From: Chloroflexota bacterium
GTDB lineage: Bacteria > Chloroflexota > UBA11872
DNA length: 61,623 nucleotides
Assembly (NCBI GenBank): GCA_028874315.1
Contig: JAPPKM010000170.1
Coordinates: 1 to 61,623, forward strand
Reading direction: 5' to 3'
The translations under genes were made by a program, and so were the position numbers. The notes beneath the pieces were generated by a model. It worked only from the letters and a program-made list of their open reading frames with translations, did no database searches and had not been told where the DNA came from. The stretch's first letter is position 1; every line of letters begins with the position of its first letter. This document shows, piece by piece, positions 55,076 through 61,623 of the stretch.

Positions 55076-56794
55076 TCACGTCCGGTCATTGGCTGTCTCC
55101 TCGGCACGCTGTGGCGCCATGCCGGCCTGGCCGAGGGCTTCGCGGACAATGGCGGAGCGGACTTCGGGGGTGTCGATGAGTTCGTCGAGGAGGATTTCGT
55201 CTTCGACGGTTTCGGCGTCTTCGATGCCGAGCTTTTCGCGCATGGCCCAGCGGCGGGAGGCGAGGCGGGCGCCGACGAGGCTGGCGGCGAGGGTGCCCTG
55301 GGCGACGTCATCGGCGGGGCCGAGCGGATCGAGGCGTACGCGGACGGCGTGGTAGCCGTCGATGTCGTGCGGGCCGAGGCCGATCCAGCCCTGTTCGTCT
55401 TCGGCCTCGAACACGAAGACGGTTTCGGCGATACGGGTTTCCACCAGCCGCCACATGAGCTGGACGATCCGCTCCAAGGCCTGCTCGGCGTGGCGGGCGA
55501 TCTGCTGGAACGAGACGCGCGCGGTGTTGATGAGCTGGTTGAGCAGGTAGCCGCTGGTGTTGCCACCGGGCGGGACGCCGAAGAGCACGCTGGGGGCGCC
55601 GGCCTGGTCGATCATGGCGCGGGTCTGGGCGATGAGTTCGTCCAGGTCGGGGGGCGTGCCCTTCCACTCCAGGAAGCTGAGGTCCTCGCCCTGGTAGAGG
55701 GGAACGACTTCGCCGGGCCGAAAGTCGAGCGCGCGGGGGCGGCCGTCGTTGGTCAGGTTGGGGTCGATGGGCGAGAAGTTGGTGATCTTGGGCGTGGGGT
55801 AGGCGTAGAGGAAGAGGGCGTTCTGCTTCATGGTCAGCAGCTGATCCAGGAGCGGGACCAGGTATTCCATGGAGGCCAGCATGGATACCCCCGCCTTGGC
55901 CGGGTCGCGGCTGGGCGTCTGGTCGCCGTAGGCGTGGACGTAGGGAATGGCCCCGTAGCCGTGCCGCCCCCGGCGCACGAGGTGACCGTCCACCAGGTAG
56001 GCGAAGTACTCGTCGTCCCAGTATTCGACGACGCGGGACGTCGGACGGGCACCCACAAGGGGCGCCCCTACGGGACCGGATTCGGATTGGGCGTCGCCGC
56101 CGGGCGGAACCAGTCGTCCGCTGCGCTTGTCGGTGATGAGCCCGTAGCGGCATTGCACGAGGTGACGCGGGCGCTCGGAGATCTCCAGGCAGGCTTCCAG
56201 CCCGTCCTCGCCTTCCAGCGGGTAGAAGGTGGTGACGTCGACGTCCCGCCAGGCGAGTGGGAAGCGGGCGGATTTCTTGAAGCGCTCGGCGCGCTGCAGG
56301 AAGTCCTGGGCCGGTTCGCCGTCGTTGGCCGACCGCCGCGGGTAGCCGGCCCAGCGGTCCGGCGCGTAGAGCAGCTTCAGAACGCCGGCGCCGTCGGCCA
56401 CCATGGCGTCGATCAGCATGCCGAACACGTCGCGGGCGGCTTCGCTGTCCATGCGGCGCAGGGCGGCGTTGGTCCACCGGGCCCTCTGGTCGGCGCCGGC
56501 GCGGGCGGCCTCGGTTGGTTCGGCCGGCGGCACGTGCACCAGCGGGCGGTTGGCGGTGAGGCTGCCGATGACTCGCTTCAATTGCTCGCGGGCGAGCGGC
56601 GTGCGTACCTCGCGGGCGCTGGTGCGGTAGGCCGGCGGGATGTCCACCGGCGTTTCCATGTGACGCAGCCGCCGCAGGCGTGCGATGCGGGCGTTGCGTT
56701 CACTGAATTCGGCGAGGAGTTGCTCCTCAAGCTCGCGCAGATACGGCTCGCCGGGCGGCGGACGCTGCGCGTCTGAATCTGGCATAGGTCCCAT
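55076..56794 (-). CDS. putative phage portal protein
   Basis: 572 aa from ATG 56794 (or 56785). Size, adjacency to the terminase genes and general portal-like sequence character support the call. The promoter at 56845-56873 argues against the longer track start at 56878. Confidence 0.55.
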   Translation of the reverse strand: MGPMPDSDAQRPPPGEPYLRELEEQLLAEFSERNARIARLRRLRHMETPVDIPPAYRTSAREVRTPLAREQLKRVIGSLTANRPLVHVPPAEPTEAARAGADQRARWTNAALRRMDSEAARDVFGMLIDAMVADGAGVLKLLYAPDRWAGYPRRSANDGEPAQDFLQRAERFKKSARFPLAWRDVDVTTFYPLEGEDGLEACLEISERPRHLVQCRYGLITDKRSGRLVPPGGDAQSESGPVGAPLVGARPTSRVVEYWDDEYFAYLVDGHLVRRGRHGYGAIPYVHAYGDQTPSRDPAKAGVSMLASMEYLVPLLDQLLTMKQNALFLYAYPTPKITNFSPIDPNLTNDGRPRALDFRPGEVVPLYQGEDLSFLEWKGTPPDLDELIAQTRAMIDQAGAPSVLFGVPPGGNTSGYLLNQLINTARVSFQQIARHAEQALERIVQLMWRLVETRIAETVFVFEAEDEQGWIGLGPHDIDGYHAVRVRLDPLGPADDVAQGTLAASLVGARLASRRWAMREKLGIEDAETVEDEILLDELIDTPEVRSAIVREALGQAGMAPQRAEETANDRT

Positions 56795-56844
56795 TCCAGG
56801 TCCGGCATCGCGGACCAGTGGGACATCGCTGGCAAGCTGGGGCC

Positions 56845-56873
56845 ATTGTACACGAGCCGAATACGATAGGCAA
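56845..56873 (-). promoter_or_regulatory. candidate promoter TTGCCT-17-TACAAT upstream of the portal-like gene
   Basis: Minus strand: TTGCCT ATCGTATTcggctcgtg TACAAT, about 44 nt before the ATG at 56794. Confidence 0.45.
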
Positions 56874-56960
56874 GCCAAGCGGGAGCCGGGAAAAGAGGGT
56901 CAGCCGCAGAACCGAGGATGGCTCATTGGCCTGGAGATTCGTTCTAGCGGCTGCTTCGGC

Positions 56961-57602
56961 CTAGTCGTCCCACATCTTCGGCCTGGTAATCACGCCGGCA
57001 CGGTCCGTGAACCGGGCTGGGAACTGGCACTCGGGCAGCAAATGCCGCTGCAGCAGCCGGTAGCTCGTCGATACGCTTCGCAGCCGGCGACTGGACGACC
57101 TCCTGGGGTCGATCACGTGTACCGGGAAGTTGAACTCCCGCCGCACCATCCGGATGACGCCGGTGAAGTCTGAATCGCCGGTGATCACGAATGCGGCCGA
57201 GCAATCACGCTTTGCGGCATCCCGCGTCAGCCACGCCGCCAGGTTTGCGTCCGAGCCTTTCTCTTCGGTGCGAATCACCGTCACTAGCGGGGGTTGGCCA
57301 GGACGAGTGTTCGCCAGCGGCATACGAACCGAGTTTGACAGAAAGTAGCCAAGATGAATTGACAAGTTCGGGATTGACCTGAGTGCCCGAAGATAGAGGT
57401 GCTGCCGCCGACGCTTCTCGGGGTCAACCTGCCGAATCCTGATCGGCGCTGTGAAGTAGCGAATGCGATGAGGTGCAAAGTCAGGGTCGAGCAGTCGAAC
57501 GGCGAGAGCCTGAAGATCCAGCCATCGATGCGGAGTGTCCCTGAGCGCGCTGTAGTAGAGGTTGAATCCGTCCACGTAGACGTTGGCGTCAATACGGGAC
57601 AT
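56961..57602 (-). CDS. NYN-domain (PIN-like) protein
   Basis: From the internal ATG at 57602: MSRIDANVYVDGFNLYYSAL..., then EEKGSDANLA and ITGDSDF acidic motifs typical of NYN/LabA-like nucleases. Confidence 0.75.
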   Translation of the reverse strand: MSRIDANVYVDGFNLYYSALRDTPHRWLDLQALAVRLLDPDFAPHRIRYFTAPIRIRQVDPEKRRRQHLYLRALRSIPNLSIHLGYFLSNSVRMPLANTRPGQPPLVTVIRTEEKGSDANLAAWLTRDAAKRDCSAAFVITGDSDFTGVIRMVRREFNFPVHVIDPRRSSSRRLRSVSTSYRLLQRHLLPECQFPARFTDRAGVITRPKMWDD

Positions 57603-57960
57603 CGGATCTCGCGTATCGACGGCCAGGATCAGCTTCGTGACAAGGCTCAATACATCTGCGGGTGGCGAATGTCACCGGCCGCAGACGGCGGAAAACGAAT
57701 CCGGGGTTCCCGCCCGCTCCCGGAATCTTGGATCGACTAACTCCGCAGATTCCGGTATTGCCCTAGACATGGCAGAGACCGCCCTCAGGCGGTCTCTATC
57801 CCAGCCAACGAAGTGACTTGGGGGGGTCACGGAGCACGTGCCAGGTGCTCTCCGCAAATCCAACTGTCCCATTGACCCTCGCTGGCGTCAAGACCAGGTG
57901 TCGGCAAGCCCTGCCAACTATGCTTGCGCCCGTCGCCCACATCCAAACTTCCTTGCGGAG

Positions 57961-58638
57961 ATGCCGAGCATGACCGAAGTCACCGACCGTTGGATCACCC
58001 CCGGCCCGCAGCCCAACGGCCTGCAGGCGGCCGACGACGGACTCTGGGTCATCGACCAGAACAATAACGACCTGTACAAGCTCGACTACTCGGACGGTTC
58101 GATCCTGGCTCGCATGCCCACCGAGTCAGACCATTCCAGCGGCGTCACCATTGGCGGCGGGCATCTCTGGGTCTCGTCCACCTTCGGATCCCGCATCTTC
58201 AAGCTGAACGGCGACGGAACGACGGTTGACCACTACGACACCCCCGGCAAGGGCGTCGTGGCTTCCGTCGACCCGGCCCACGCCCTGGTCACCGGCGCGC
58301 ACGGCCTGCAGTGGGTGGACGAGCGTCACATGTGGATGGCCGTGCCGCCGGCCCAGCAGCTGTTCCTGGTCGACCCACGCGACATGTCGGTGCACCACTC
58401 AATCCCCACGCCCAGCCACCGCCCGCACGGCGTGTTTGTCACCGACGGCCACGTCTGGTGCTCCGACGTGGGCCTGCGGCAGATCCATAAGCTGGACCCG
58501 GCCACCGGCGAAATCCGGGCCGCGATCGATGTCCCCGACCCCGAAGTCCACGGCATGACGCTGCACAACGACCAAATCTGGTTCTGCTGCGCCCACACCC
58601 GGCGCGTCTGCACGGTCCCGCTGTCCGAAGCCGGCTAG
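57961..58638 (+). CDS. beta-propeller fold protein (Vgb/glutaminyl-cyclase-like)
   Basis: 225 aa from ATG 57961, with repeated blades (GLWVIDQNNNDLYKLD, GHLWVSSTFGSRIFKL, GHVWCSDVGLRQIHKLD, DQIWFC). The family assignment is tentative. Confidence 0.55.
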   Translation: MPSMTEVTDRWITPGPQPNGLQAADDGLWVIDQNNNDLYKLDYSDGSILARMPTESDHSSGVTIGGGHLWVSSTFGSRIFKLNGDGTTVDHYDTPGKGVVASVDPAHALVTGAHGLQWVDERHMWMAVPPAQQLFLVDPRDMSVHHSIPTPSHRPHGVFVTDGHVWCSDVGLRQIHKLDPATGEIRAAIDVPDPEVHGMTLHNDQIWFCCAHTRRVCTVPLSEAG

Positions 58639-58666
58639 GCGTCGAGCGCGACAGCGGGACTGGGGG

Positions 58667-60574
58667 CTAAGAGCCGCCGGTGAAAAACACCTCCACGGAG
58701 GTGCTGCCAATCAGGGCGCCGTCGACCACGCTTTCGTCTCGGACTTCGATGCGGAGGAGGCCGGGGGCGGTGGCGGACGGGACTTCGATCGACTTCGTAA
58801 ACGTGCCCGGGCCGCCGTAGTCGCCGTCGACCAAGATCCAGCTCTGGTCGATGACGGTTCCGGCCTGGGTGTAGATGCGGTAGGTCAGGTTCTTCTCGAA
58901 GGGCATGGCGCTGATGCGGCCGCGCAGTTCCACGGTCGTGCCGACAGTCGAGCCGGAGAGGGGTGATTCTAGGACGAGCTCAGGCGTGGGTTCGCGGCTG
59001 GTGCGACCGTCCGTAATGGGAGCGGCCTGCAGGCTGACGGGCACGGCGGTGCGGGCCAGTGCCGAACCGTTGACCGGGTCGATGTCGAGGATCTCGATAC
59101 GTCCGGGTCCATCCGCACCCGCGATGAACTCGACCGGCGCGGCGAAGGTTCCCGGTTGATCTCCATAGCCGTCAACGGGAAGGCTTCCCATGCCGATCAC
59201 GCCGCCGCGGGCGTCATAGACGAGGTAGGCGAGGCTCTCGGCGGATGGGTAGGTGCTGGCTGTGCCCCGAACCTCGACGCCGCTGGCCACCGTTTCGCCG
59301 GGCAGGGGCGACTCGATGACCAGCGCCTGGCGGGGGACCAATTGGTCCGCTTCGAGCCCAAATGTGCGCGTAACTTCCAGGGTCGGGCAGCAGAGGCCGT
59401 CGCTGGGGCGGTGGGTGACCGTGCGCGCGACGATCCGGCCGCCAGTGACGGCCAGGTTCCGCACCGGAACGCGGTCGCCCAGGAACGCCCAGGCCGCCTG
59501 CTCCGGCGCGCCGTCACGATCCAGCACGGCGACCAGGTGGATGAACGTGCCGCTACCGCCGCCGGAGATGAAGACGACAACGGCGGCGTCGGCGATGCCG
59601 TCACCGTCAAGATCGCCGAAGGCGACGGTGTCGTCGACGATGCCCGCGTGGACCCGTTCCGTCGCGCCCTCGCCAAAGGCGATCTGTCCCTCGCCGTCGG
59701 TGAACTGAATGGGTGTGTCCTCGTCACCGACGAGCGGCAGGCGGTATTCGGCGTTGCGCAACTGATTCAAGGTCAGGCGCTTTTGCAAGAGCCCGCCCTC
59801 GCGCAGCGCGAACGTGCTGGTGGTGCGCAGGGACGGGCAGCAGAGCCCATCCCCAGGGCCGTGCGCGAGGATCTGCGCGCGGATCTGGCCGTCCGAAATG
59901 CTCAGGCTCTCCACCCGCACCCGGTCGCCCAGGTACGCGCGCGCCGCCTGCGAGGGCGCGCCGTCGCGATTCAGCGCAGCCACGAGGTAGATGAAGGCGC
60001 CGCTGCCACCCCCGGAGGTGTAGACGGCAACGGCCGCATCGGCATTGCCATCGCCGTCCAGGTCGCCGAAGGCAACGGCGTCGTCGATAAGGCTTACGGT
60101 TTCCCGTTCGGTCGCGCCCTCGCCATAGACGAGCGTGCCCATGCCATCGACGAGTCGAATTGGGGTGTCCTGGTCGCCGAGGAGCGGCAGGCGGTATTCG
60201 GCGTTACGCAGCTGTTCCAGCGTCAGGCGTTGCGCGGCCGTGGGTGACGGCAGCGCGGGTTCCCAGGGAAAGCGCTCGCTGTTCAGGCGTTGCTGCAAGC
60301 CTTCCGGACCGTTGATCCAGGTGCGCTGACCGTCGGTGAATCCGGTCCAGTTGTCGGCTTTGCGCCACGTGAGCTGGCCGTTGGCGGTGTGCTGCTGGGT
60401 TATTCCAGTTGCCGGGTTGTGCTGCTCGTCGTCCACGCACTCGCCAACGACGTCCGGGATGAGGTCGTACAGGGCCTTGAATCCCAACTGGAAGGAGCAG
60501 TCCTGGGCAAGCAGGGGCTGGAAGGAAAAGAAAAGGCCGACCATCGCAGCTAGGAGCGCGAGCCTTGTCTTCAT
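58667..60574 (-). CDS. secreted protein with two FG-GAP/VCBS-like modules and two Gmad2-type Ig-like domains
   Basis: Signal peptide MKTRLALLAAMVGLFFSFQPLLAQ; two 150-aa repeats containing FGDLDGDG..GGGSG; C-terminal pair L(V/E)SPL.G.TV...VE(V/L)RG. Confidence 0.75.
   Translation of the reverse strand: MKTRLALLAAMVGLFFSFQPLLAQDCSFQLGFKALYDLIPDVVGECVDDEQHNPATGITQQHTANGQLTWRKADNWTGFTDGQRTWINGPEGLQQRLNSERFPWEPALPSPTAAQRLTLEQLRNAEYRLPLLGDQDTPIRLVDGMGTLVYGEGATERETVSLIDDAVAFGDLDGDGNADAAVAVYTSGGGSGAFIYLVAALNRDGAPSQAARAYLGDRVRVESLSISDGQIRAQILAHGPGDGLCCPSLRTTSTFALREGGLLQKRLTLNQLRNAEYRLPLVGDEDTPIQFTDGEGQIAFGEGATERVHAGIVDDTVAFGDLDGDGIADAAVVVFISGGGSGTFIHLVAVLDRDGAPEQAAWAFLGDRVPVRNLAVTGGRIVARTVTHRPSDGLCCPTLEVTRTFGLEADQLVPRQALVIESPLPGETVASGVEVRGTASTYPSAESLAYLVYDARGGVIGMGSLPVDGYGDQPGTFAAPVEFIAGADGPGRIEILDIDPVNGSALARTAVPVSLQAAPITDGRTSREPTPELVLESPLSGSTVGTTVELRGRISAMPFEKNLTYRIYTQAGTVIDQSWILVDGDYGGPGTFTKSIEVPSATAPGLLRIEVRDESVVDGALIGSTSVEVFFTGGS
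59330..60229 (-). repeat. intragenic tandem duplication (2 x 450 nt) encoding the two FG-GAP-like modules
   Basis: Protein residues 116-265 and 266-415 align end to end, e.g. RLTLEQLRNAEYRLPLLGDQDTPI versus RLTLNQLRNAEYRLPLVGDEDTPI. The matching DNA (cggcaggcggtattcggcgtt.cgca) recurs about 450 nt apart. Confidence 0.85.
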
Positions 60575-60745
60575 CGAGCAACCCTCCCGTGCGGACCCGA
60601 GTCATCTAAGCATAGAGATGTTGTGAAGTCTTGAAAGCGGGTGCAGTCCGGATCTCGAGGGATGTCCCGCGGCCCGGCTTAAGACCGCTTCACAGTTCAC
60701 AGGCGCGGTTGGCGCATGCCTGACCGACGACCTGGAATGTGACGG

Positions 60746-61623
60746 CTAGCCGACGACGAGGTTGATGAGGCGGCCCTGGCGGTAGATGACCTTGCGGACC
60801 TGTTTACCGTCGGTGTGGGCCTGGACGCGGGGGCTGGCCAGGGCCAGGGATTGGGCGGCGGCTTCATCGGTGGTGACGGAGGCTTCGATGCGGTCGCGGA
60901 CGCGGCCGTTGACCTGGACGACCAGGGTGAAGGTCTCGTCGGCGGCCAGGGCTTCGTCCCAGGCGGGCCAGGACTGGAGGTGGATGCTCTCCGAGTGGCC
61001 GATGCGCTCCCAGAGTTCCTCGGACATGAAGACGGCGCAGGGAGCCAGCAGCACCAGGAAGGTATCGATGGTTTCCTTCCAGGCCGGGGTGGCGCGCAGG
61101 TCGTCGTCGCCGACTTCGATCAGGAAGTTGGTGAACTCCATCAGGGCGGCGATCATGGTGTTGAACTTGAGCGCGTCGATGTCGTTGCTGACGCGGCGGA
61201 TGGTCTGGTGCAGTTGGCGCTGCAACTCGACCTGGACATCGGCGTAGTCGGCTCTGCGCCGGCGGGTGCCGCCCGTCTCGAGGTCCAGGACCAGGTTCCA
61301 CACGCGGTTCAGCCAGCGGGAGACGCCGGCCAGGCCCTGATCGCTCCAGGGCAGGGTGCGGTCAAACGGTCCCATGAACAGGATGTAGCAGCGCAGGGCA
61401 TCGCCGCCGGCGGTGGCGGCCACTTCGTCCGGCGTCACGACGTTGCGCCAGGACTTGGACATCCCGGTGGCGCGGAACTCGACCAGCGCGTCGCCGTTGC
61501 GCTGGGCGCGCTGGCCGGTGAGCTCGAAGCGGGCTTCCAGGGGATAGCGGCGGAAGGGCTGGGCGGCCTCGGGGCTGTCGTAGGCATCGGCGCCGTCGGG
61601 CGCATCCACCCGGGCGCGGCCCT
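60746..61623 (-). CDS. leuS: leucine--tRNA ligase (C-terminal part; 5' end outside window)
   Basis: VSRWLNRVWNLV, KFNTMIAALMEFTN and the C-terminal VVQVNGRVRDRIE anticodon/tRNA-binding domain. The reading frame stays open to the window edge. Confidence 0.9.
   Translation of the reverse strand, partial: GRARVDAPDGADAYDSPEAAQPFRRYPLEARFELTGQRAQRNGDALVEFRATGMSKSWRNVVTPDEVAATAGGDALRCYILFMGPFDRTLPWSDQGLAGVSRWLNRVWNLVLDLETGGTRRRRADYADVQVELQRQLHQTIRRVSNDIDALKFNTMIAALMEFTNFLIEVGDDDLRATPAWKETIDTFLVLLAPCAVFMSEELWERIGHSESIHLQSWPAWDEALAADETFTLVVQVNGRVRDRIEASVTTDEAAAQSLALASPRVQAHTDGKQVRKVIYRQGRLINLVVG

Larger units (their letters stand above)
39623..57602 (-). mobile_element. prophage-like region: podovirus-type packaging/head/tail genes in two blocks separated by about 5 kb of cellular-type cargo
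   Basis: Portal-like, TerS-like, TerL, XRE, scaffold-like, capsid-like, large propeller protein, fibre and small membrane protein, flanked by tsaC on the left and cellular genes/leuS on the right. No integrase or att repeat was identified by eye. Confidence 0.5.

Noticed and set aside
55308-56776. 389-aa (minus strand, other frame) and 475-aa (plus strand) ORFs overlapping the portal-like gene.
   Set aside because: Both are compositionally biased (Arg/Pro/Gly or Gly/Val/Ala) shadows of the 572-aa ORF. That ORF has normal amino-acid composition and its own promoter.
56795-56878. Longer portal start (MACLSYSARVQWPQ...) from the ORF track.
   Set aside because: The extra 28 codons would begin upstream of the candidate TTGCCT-17-TACAAT promoter at 56845-56873. 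ATG 56794 or 56785 is therefore preferred, though not proven.

Overview
GC-rich (about two-thirds G+C by eye) bacterial chromosomal window with about 60 protein genes. I found no rRNA, tRNA, CRISPR array or IS element. From 1 to 17.9 kb the genes are mostly housekeeping: nadD, an ammonium transporter, birA, selB and gap-pgk. This stretch also holds a VapBC pair, an orphan ImmA-type peptidase and a 1420-aa GT-C/'YYY' membrane protein. That protein family is typical of Chloroflexota and Archaea, so any lineage call here is inference only. A perfect parS palindrome sits in the gap-pgk intergenic spacer. From 18.3 to 28.8 kb lies a hopanoid/isoprenoid supercluster (hpnC-hpnD-hpnE-shc, hpnH, dxs, a polyprenyl synthase), with a mazEF module between shc and hpnH. 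From 31.1 to 38.0 kb there is a minus-strand, largely translationally coupled signalling cassette: histidine kinase, periplasmic binding protein, RsbW-like kinase, REC-PP2C, a REC-STAS fusion and two STAS proteins, with no sigma factor. The most unusual region is 39.6-57.6 kb. It carries an intact-looking but stripped-down podovirus-like gene set (portal, TerS-like, TerL, scaffold-like, capsid-like, about 800-aa propeller, fibre, small membrane protein). The gene order is roughly T7-like. About 5 kb of cellular cargo splits the set between the scaffold-like and capsid-like genes. The region contains an XRE switch and shared TACAAT promoters but no replication, integration or lysin genes. I read it as a candidate domesticated (GTA-like) particle locus or a cryptic prophage. 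All functional calls come from reading the translated ORFs and motifs by eye; no database search was run.
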